In this document: one piece after another, positions 58,090 to 64,000 of the stretch | How the letters are laid out: each line of letters starts with the position of its first letter | How positions within the stretch are numbered: the stretch's first letter is position 1 | From: Dehalococcoidia bacterium | Lineage (GTDB): Bacteria; Chloroflexota; Dehalococcoidia; Lucifugimonadales; UBA3495 | Assembly: GCA_965215975.1 (NCBI GenBank) | Contig: OZ244136.1 | Span: forward strand, 2,000,178-2,064,177 | Direction of reading: 5' to 3' | DNA: 64,000 nt | Notes under the pieces: generated by a model | Databases searched by the model: none | What the model was told of the DNA's origin: nothing | The model's input: only the letters and a program-made list of their open reading frames with translations | Position numbers and translations under genes: made by a program

Positions 58090-58520
58090 CCTTTTCTTTG
58101 CTCTGATTCCTCTAATTTCTCCGGGCGGTTGCTTTGCACTGCTTTCGCTGTAGATATAAAAAGACCATTCTCTTGATGGTAATGGCCCTGCAGTGGCCCT
58201 GTTAGGGCCGTTTGTACAGACATTTGTGGGGGCAATCTGTTGCTCGAATGGTTGGCAAAGTGGTTGCCATCGAGCCTGTACGTTTTGGCAACTGTCTATT
58301 GAGAATGGTTGTCCTCGGACGTGGTGCGACGGCACAGTTCTCATGGGTCTGGTTGGCGCAGCTGGCGACGGGGGTTGACCGGACAGGAAGCGCTTTGCTA
58401 GGTGAGTTACCCTGCCTGGCGGGGCCCGGGTGGTGGCTGGCAAAGCAAAACGCCCCGCGCCGAAACGGCGTGGGGCGTCCACGACATACTGCCGGAAGCA
58501 GGACCTTGCCGGTCCCGGAG
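58090..58520. repeat. Conserved ~0.4-kb noncoding element, copy 1 (upstream of the 57995 surface-protein gene)
   Basis: Aligns with 62890-63265. Shared hairpins GGCCCT-GTT-AGGGCC (58195-58209), CCCCGCGCCG-AAA-CGGCGTGGGG (58453-58475) and GGACC-N5-GGTCC (58501-58515). Confidence 0.6.
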
Positions 58521-58653
58521 AGCCTAACGTCCGGCAGGGTTCCGTTTGCTTTTGGGGTTTACGGGGGCAGTCTGAATCGGAGCAAACCCCACTACCGAAC
58601 GAAACCACCTGCCCTGGAGGCTTGTAAAATGCACTGCAGGGAGGTCGAAACCC

Positions 58654-58902
58654 GTGGTAACGCTGTGCAAAGGTGGTCCCAACATATACCCGACCTGGCT
58701 ACCCAAGCTGATAGCCGGCCTCGACCAATGCGAGTGGAAGATGTGGTTCCAGGTACACCACGACGGCAGGACCCTGGGAAGCGACTTCAACCTGATCCGC
58801 TACAGCATCGAGCATACCGAGCTGGTGCGCTTCAGCACCGACGAGAACGAGCAGCCCGGCTTCACAGTAACGGTGAAGGCCCAGAACCAGTTCAAGTTGT
58901 AG
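58654..58902 (+). CDS. Small hypothetical protein
   Basis: 82-aa ORF with GC3-rich codon usage (…FNLIRYSIEHTELVRFSTDENEQPGFTVTVKAQNQFKL) followed by a GGGAC…GTCCC hairpin. No motif recognised. Confidence 0.35.
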   Translation: MVTLCKGGPNIYPTWLPKLIAGLDQCEWKMWFQVHHDGRTLGSDFNLIRYSIEHTELVRFSTDENEQPGFTVTVKAQNQFKL

Positions 58903-59000
58903 GTGGCGAAAGGGACCTCTCCGGAAGTCCCGACATCGTCACCTGGCGGGACGAGGAGGCCATGATCGTGGCCGCCAAGGCGGCCAAATGTTCCTGCAAG

Positions 59001-62000
59001 TCAGTCGTCCAGTTCACTCAAAGACACCTTGTAGGTCCCTATAGTCGTGAAACGCCTGTAAGTACGTTCAAGGTTGGAGTGATAGTTGTCGTAATCCTCC
59101 TGGTTGCTCCCCAGTATGTAGATATCATCCCCCCAGATCGACACGAAGTGCTTCCCGCTGGCGTCGGGCCGGGAATCCCAGCTCATCTCACTCCCGTCTG
59201 CAACGTGGCCCTCCGCAGGACTTCCGTCCGCGCCATAGATGCCGTGGATCTTGCCGTAGCCCATGGTGAACTCGCTTGATGCCTGGAACGCTCCGGTGAT
59301 GGCGATGCGGTAGTCGTGACCGGCGGTCAGTTCCAGAGCGAACCAGTCCTGGTCACCCACCGTTTCTATTTCTGCCTGGATGGATGCACCCACCTGCACC
59401 TGCCCGGTAGTGTTGGTGAAGTTGGCAAAGTCGTCGTCTTCACCGGAACTGTACTCGGTGAGAAACAGGGAATACGTGCCCTGGGCGCCGCGTCCGACGG
59501 AAGTACCGTCCCAGTCGATCCGCTTGTAGGCGCTGGCCTCGATGTAGTGGCGCCCGGTGCTCGTGGGAGTGAATACCACCCTGGCATTGCCTCCCACGCC
59601 CGAGTCGTCATCCCTGGTCCAGCGGACCGACGAGCCGGCGGCATCGAATATCCCGGTGATGGCGGTGTTGGTCAGCGTGCCGTGTTCGGTAGGCCGGCCC
59701 TTGTGCTCGATCCAGTAGGTTTGCCCTGAGGTAAGTTGGGTGGCGAACCAGTCGCGGTCGCCGGTGAACTCAATTTCCCCGGTCCTGGAACCGTTGACCG
59801 TGATGGTTCCGGTGGTATTGGTACTGCGGGCGTAGTCGTCTCTTTGATAGCGGGTCTGATACCTGAGGTTGTATGAGTTGCTGCCATTGCCCACGGCCTG
59901 GACCCGTATATAGTACGTTCCGCGCTCCACGGAGATTTCGAACCACCTGTCCGTGGCCCAACTGGAATCACGGATCTTCAGCCTCCTGCCCTTCGTGTCC
60001 TCCAGGTACAGGCCGGCATCCACGTCCAGGTCCTCGAGCCACACCGTCACCTTCTTGGCCCTGCTGACCGTGAATTTGTAATAGTCAACCGTGTCTTCCC
60101 CCCGGTTAACGGTGTCTTGTCTTGTCCGACCCGAACCTTGGTTGGTGATGTCGCCCAGGTTGTTGGCGGTGTCGCGAGTTGAGTCCGGGTCCGGGGTAGG
60201 GTCGTTGTCGTGGATGGAGATGGTGGTTTGGGCGTTAGTTTCTGCGCTTACGCGGTCCGGGAGGGTGCCAAAGCTGAGGGCAACGCTCTCCCCGTCGTCG
60301 TCATCGGCGTCGTCCGTCGCGGTTACGGTGAAGGTGGCCTCGGTGCCCCCCGAGACGATTGAAACGCTGTCAGGCATGCCGGTGAGGTCCTCGTCGGTGG
60401 CGCCGTCCTGGTTGGCACGGGTGATCGGGATGGTGAGCTCGCGCTCAGGGTCGGCGCTGAGGTTCACGGTGACGGTGGCGGAGCCGCCCTCGCTGAGGCC
60501 GTAAGTGGACGTCTCGAAGCTGACGGTCACTGCAGGTGGCGCCGCCGGGACCGTGACGTTCACCTGGTTGCTCTGGAGACTGAGGCCGTCCTGGTTTCGG
60601 GCCCTGATGCGGTAGATGTACCTGCCCTCAGGCTCCACGCTATCGTCAAAGTAGCGGGTGTCCGCACTCCCAGTATCGTCCACGAGGACTGAGAGCGTCG
60701 GTTCGTCGGCTTGATTGCGTCTGAGTATCTGGTAGCTGGTGATGGTGTCGTCGTCAGGCTGGTCCCAGGACAGGGTGACCGAGGTGGGCGCAGCCGTAGC
60801 GGACAGGCCCGACGGAGCATCAGGGGGATCGGCAAGAGGCTCGGGCGGTTCTTCCGCCTCCCGTAACTCCGCCACCTTGTCGGCGGCGGGTTCGGCCACG
60901 CCGTAGCGCAGCACATACACGTTCTCGCCGGCCTCCTGCGCTTCCACCCGGATGAAGTAGCCGCCTTCCAGTATCGTACGGGTGATGGCCTCGTTGGCCG
61001 TGCCGCTCTTGCGAGACCGCGTTATGGTCTCGCCCTCACTGTCCTCTAATGACAGGTCCGCGTTGAAGTCCAGCTGCTTGACGCCGATAGTGACCCGGTT
61101 GGGTTCGGCCAGCGTGAACCGGAAGTAGTCGATGCTGTCGTCACCGCCGTCGATAGTGTACTTCGGGAACTGGACCTCGCTCAGGCCGGTGATGTAGCCC
61201 AGGTCGTTGGCTCCCTCCCTGGTGGCATCTTCGTCCGTGGCCTGCGGCGTTGCCTGGGGCTCCGGCTCGTCGTTGTCGGTGATGGATACCGTGGCCTGGT
61301 TCGTGGCGCCGGCGTTACCCGCCCGGACAGATTGCCCAGGGCCAGCACCAGACTTTCGCCGTCATCGTCCTCACCGTCGTCGGTGGCCGTTATGGTGATC
61401 GTAAGGCGGGTGTCTCCGCTGTTGAAGGTGACCTCCGACGGGACGGCGGAATAGTCGGAGTACGACGCGCCGTCCTGGTTGGACACGGTCAGCGGTATCG
61501 TCACGGAGCGTTCCGGGTCTACGTCTAGCAGGATGGCGACGGATACGTTCTGGCCCTCGCCGACTGTGTAGGTCGCCTGCTCGAAGGACACGGTGACCGC
61601 TGGCGGCTGGGGCGTCTCCACCTCGAAGTGGTTGCTCTGTCCGCTCAGGCCGGCTTCGTTTCGGGCCCTGACTGCGTAGACATAGGTGGTTCCAGGTTCC
61701 ACGTAGTCGTCGGTGTAGGAGAGGCTGGCGCTGCCGGTGTCGGGTACCAGGGTCTCAAAGTCTGACCCTTCCTGCCGCAGGACCTGGTAGCCGGTGATGG
61801 TCTCATCGTTGGGATCGTCCCAGGTCAGGGACACTGCCTTGTGGGTCGCGGCGCCGCTCAGGCCGGTGGGGCTGGCCGGTAGCTCTGGCTCCGGAGATTC
61901 CGGCAGGTTGGCGTCGAAGAAGTTGCTCATGGAGCTGAGTCCGGCCTCGTTCCTGGCCTTCACTCGGTAGGTGTCCCGGCCCTCGGCCTGGACGTCGGTG

Positions 62001-62495
62001 TCGGTGGCGGTGTAGGCGGTGGCGGTGGAGTCGGTGTCGTCCACCAGGACGGAGAAGTCTCCCGCATCCTGGGTCTGGCGATCCCGCCTCAGCACCTGGT
62101 AGCCGGTGGGGTCGGCTCCTCCTTTGGGGGCGTCCCAGCTGAGTTGTACTTGGTCGTGGCTGACGGTACCGGTCAGGTTCCTTGGCTTGTTCGGTGGCTC
62201 CGCCTCTTCCGTTTCCTCTGCTGCTGCCATCACGGTGACGGTGACGACGTTGCTTCACGGGCCATTGCTGCCGCTGTACCGGGCCCTCACCCTGGCCTTA
62301 ATCGTTGAGGGCGGGGGTTGGGCACGTCCCACTGCAAGGACATGGCGCCTGGCGTCGTGCTGCTGGCGCTCAGGCCGGAGATGGCCCCTTCCTCCTGCTG
62401 GGCGACGGCGGTACCGCTGACGGTAAGTGCCAGAAGGATTGTCAGGACTGCCCCCAGGGCTATCGCCAGGCAGATGCCGGCGGCCTGCGATTTTG
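59001..62495 (-). pseudogene. Giant secreted FN3 / Calx-beta / PPC-domain surface protein, multiply disrupted
   Basis: Signal-like AAGICLAIALGAVLTILLALTVSGTAVAQQ near 62400-62495. Frameshift at the C/G5 run 62313-62317, in-frame TGA at 62255-62257 (expected GPWS), and frameshift at 61316-61325 (G-run). Otherwise it is a continuous series of FN3, Calx-beta and pre-peptidase C-terminal-like domains down to 59001. Confidence 0.7.
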
Positions 62496-62889
62496 TCCCT
62501 GACGCAGTGGTTAGCTTCTGTATTGCTGGTCTTCCCCGTTTTGATGTGGATGGCTTGAAGGGGCCCGGTTTTTCGGGCCGGGGGTGGTCCGCTTTCTGGC
62601 CCCATGGATTTGTGTGGGTTGGCTGCCTGGCACAAGCTGGCGCCGGTCAGGTCCGGCGCCAACTGTTTCCATGAAGAGTGTCATGGATGTTACGGCCCTG
62701 CTGGCCGTCTCGGGTTTGGCTATCCTGGCGAGTGAAGGCTGGATTGCCTTCTTTGTTTCACGTGGTGGATACGCTGTTAGCGCTGGTGGTTTTGTCGCTA
62801 TTCGAGGCAAGCCGTCTCTGATGGCTGGGGGACTCTGCTGGCCTGGTCCCTTCGTAAGCTGCTCCAGAAGGGCCTGTGGCCTGGGCTTC

Positions 62890-63265
62890 TGTTTCCTTTG
62901 CTGCCCTTGGTCTCTCTGGGACGATCTGAAATGCTTTCGCGGTAGCTATAAGCCTATTGCAGTGATGATAATGGCCTAGCAGTGGCCCTGTTAGGGCCGT
63001 TTGTACAAACGTTTGGGTGGTATTCTGTTGCTTGAACGGTTGACAAAACGCTTGCCATTTGGCCTGTACGTTTTGGCAATTCTCTTCTGAACTGGCGCAA
63101 CGGCGCAGTTGGCGACGGGGGTTGAGTGGACCGGAAGCTCTTTGCCAGGGGAGTTCCCCTGCCTGGCGTGGCCAGGCTGGTGGCGGGCAGAGCAAAACGC
63201 CCCGCGCCGAAACGGCGTGGGGAGTCCACGACATACTGCCGGAAGCAGGACCTCGAAGGTCCCTA
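62890..63265. repeat. Conserved ~0.4-kb noncoding element, copy 2 (upstream of the giant surface-protein gene)
   Basis: The same three hairpins at 62984-62998, 63200-63222 and 63248-63262. It is about 41 nt shorter than copy 1 in the middle. Confidence 0.6.
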
Positions 63266-63589
63266 CGACCTTGACTTTGAGGGCGCGTCCCCGGGGGAAC
63301 GCAATGGTATAGCTAGACTCATGGCCAATGGTGCACTAATCACCATTGGCGCCTACGACTGGTGTAGCCTCCAACTATTTCAGCCGGGCAGTCCGTAGAT
63401 TTACTCTGCGGGCTGTTTACGTTGCCCGCGTCTTTGATTGAGGCCGGGATATACCTCGCATGTCAGTAATGGTCTGACACCCAAGCTGCGTTACCCGCGA
63501 TCAGGGCATGCTGGTTGCCCCGTTTTCAGGCTTTGACTGCCTTATTTTGTCCGGCGTTTTGGTTGTAAAGAGAGGGCGGTATCAGGTCC

Positions 63590-63740
63590 TACTATTACAA
63601 CGACGGTTTGGAGAAAAATATGGCTGATGCTTCCTGTCTGACTCTGAATGACTTGTGGTTACAGGCTTGCGGCGGTGATTGCCCAGCTACAGTTTCGCGT
63701 CAAGAATGGCCGTGCCTGATAAACCGTCATTGTAGTACTA
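63590..63740. mobile_element. TA-flanked ~150-bp inverted-repeat element, copy B
   Basis: Termini CTATTACAACGACGG / CCGTCATTGTAGTAC (12/15 complementary) bounded by TA. Its right TA+G forms the CTAG used by IS copy 2. Confidence 0.6.
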
Positions 63741-64000
63741 GAAATCTGGCCGGAAAGTGGCGGTGGCCGGGCGGGCGGCTATACTTGGAGTCAACAAGAG
63801 TAGCGAGGGCGGAGAATGCTGGGAGAGCGATCGGACCAGAGGGGCCTCTGGGAAGCGGACCGGTTGTATCTGGACCACGTGGGGCGGGACACCTTCTACG
63901 GTCTGCTGGCATCACTGCGGGGCCGGCTGTTCCGGGACGCGGATTTCGCCGAGTTCTACTGCCCGGACAACGGCCGGGACAGCGTGCCGCCCAGCCTGCT
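63738..64000 (+). mobile_element. IS1182/IS5-superfamily insertion sequence, copy 2 (left part; continues beyond window)
   Basis: Starts CTAGAAATCTGGCCGGAAAGTGGCGG..., the reverse complement of the copy-1 right end. Roughly 95% identical to copy 1 over the visible 263 bp, by eye. Confidence 0.9.
63816..64000 (+). CDS. Transposase of IS copy 2, N-terminal fragment
   Basis: MLGERSDQRGLWEADRLYLDHVGRDTFYGLLASLRGRLFRDADFAEFYCPDNGRDSVPPSL matches the copy-1 transposase N-terminus (which starts MIVLGERS). Confidence 0.85.
   Translation, partial: MLGERSDQRGLWEADRLYLDHVGRDTFYGLLASLRGRLFRDADFAEFYCPDNGRDSVPPSL

Noticed and set aside
58190-58215. Cobalamin riboswitch, because of a GCCACTG (B12-box-like) word on the minus strand of the conserved element
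   Set aside because: The surrounding consensus (GGGAAG..., GGTG.AA..CC, etc.) is absent in both copies. This is a chance heptamer.
58048-58608. ORFs 58048-58608 and 62758-63234 / 62954-63229 as a pair of paralogous small proteins (shared ...PRRFGAGRFALPAT...)
   Set aside because: The shared peptide stretches switch reading frame between the copies, and the copies differ by an indel that is not a multiple of three. The conservation is therefore at the nucleotide or structure level, not the protein level.
62255-62257. TGA read as Trp (alternative genetic code) in the FN3 motif GP-TGA-S
   Set aside because: TGA clearly terminates many well-supported genes in the window (e.g. the prpB-like gene, the E1 genes' neighbours, ORF 6184). 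A single TGG-to-TGA transition in a decaying gene is simpler.
6542-64000. Composite transposon formed by the two IS copies
   Set aside because: The 55-kb interior is dominated by single-copy housekeeping operons (act, pyr/car, fab). The copies are about 5% diverged, and each has its own CTAG junction in unrelated targets. They are more likely independent insertions.
1-64000. Search for rRNA, tRNA, tmRNA, RNase P RNA and CRISPR arrays
   Set aside because: Visual scanning of the intergenic regions found no T-loop or acceptor-like tRNA signatures, no conserved rRNA or RNase P blocks, and no regularly spaced direct repeats. tRNAscan or Infernal would be needed to exclude them formally.

Overview
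High-GC (roughly 60%) bacterial chromosome segment. The gene content is reminiscent of aerobic Chloroflexota-type organisms, but this is unverified. All family calls come from reading the translations; no database search or folding program was available.

Backbone genes:
- partial hydantoinase
- lipB plus a 2-oxoacid dehydrogenase E2/E1beta/E1alpha operon
- an alternative-complex-III (act) respiratory operon followed by ccmH
- lhgO
- a HadAB-like dehydratase pair with plsX and fabG
- a prpB-like lyase
- a pyrimidine operon with an apparent PyrR attenuator (FMN reductase, pyrR, pyrB, pyrC, carA, an extra orf, carB)
- pyrF, sfsA and an endonuclease III-like gene
- LysR regulator, ferredoxin and MFS transporter
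- ornithine cyclodeaminase

Accessory content:
- A low-GC four-gene cassette: ImmA-like protease, 2-TM protein, DUF43/BpsA-like NPPF enzyme, unknown protein. Its last two genes are cleanly split at CTAG, one by a 1.9-kb IS1182/IS5-like element and one by a 179-bp MITE derivative of that element.
- A second, diverged and inverted copy of the same IS at the right window edge.
- A nested-insertion hotspot in the 3' end of a cache-domain lipoprotein gene. An IS630-family element, itself carrying a 147-bp MITE, sits beside a TA-flanked 150-bp element.
- Toxin-antitoxin-like loci: an in-frame hicA-hicB fusion, DUF433/DUF5615, and an unknown gene pair.
- An orphan PD-(D/E)xK-like gene.
- A ~7-kb block of decayed giant surface-protein genes (FN3 / Calx-beta / PPC domains) preceded by two copies of a conserved ~0.4-kb noncoding element.

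No rRNA, tRNA or CRISPR array was recognised.
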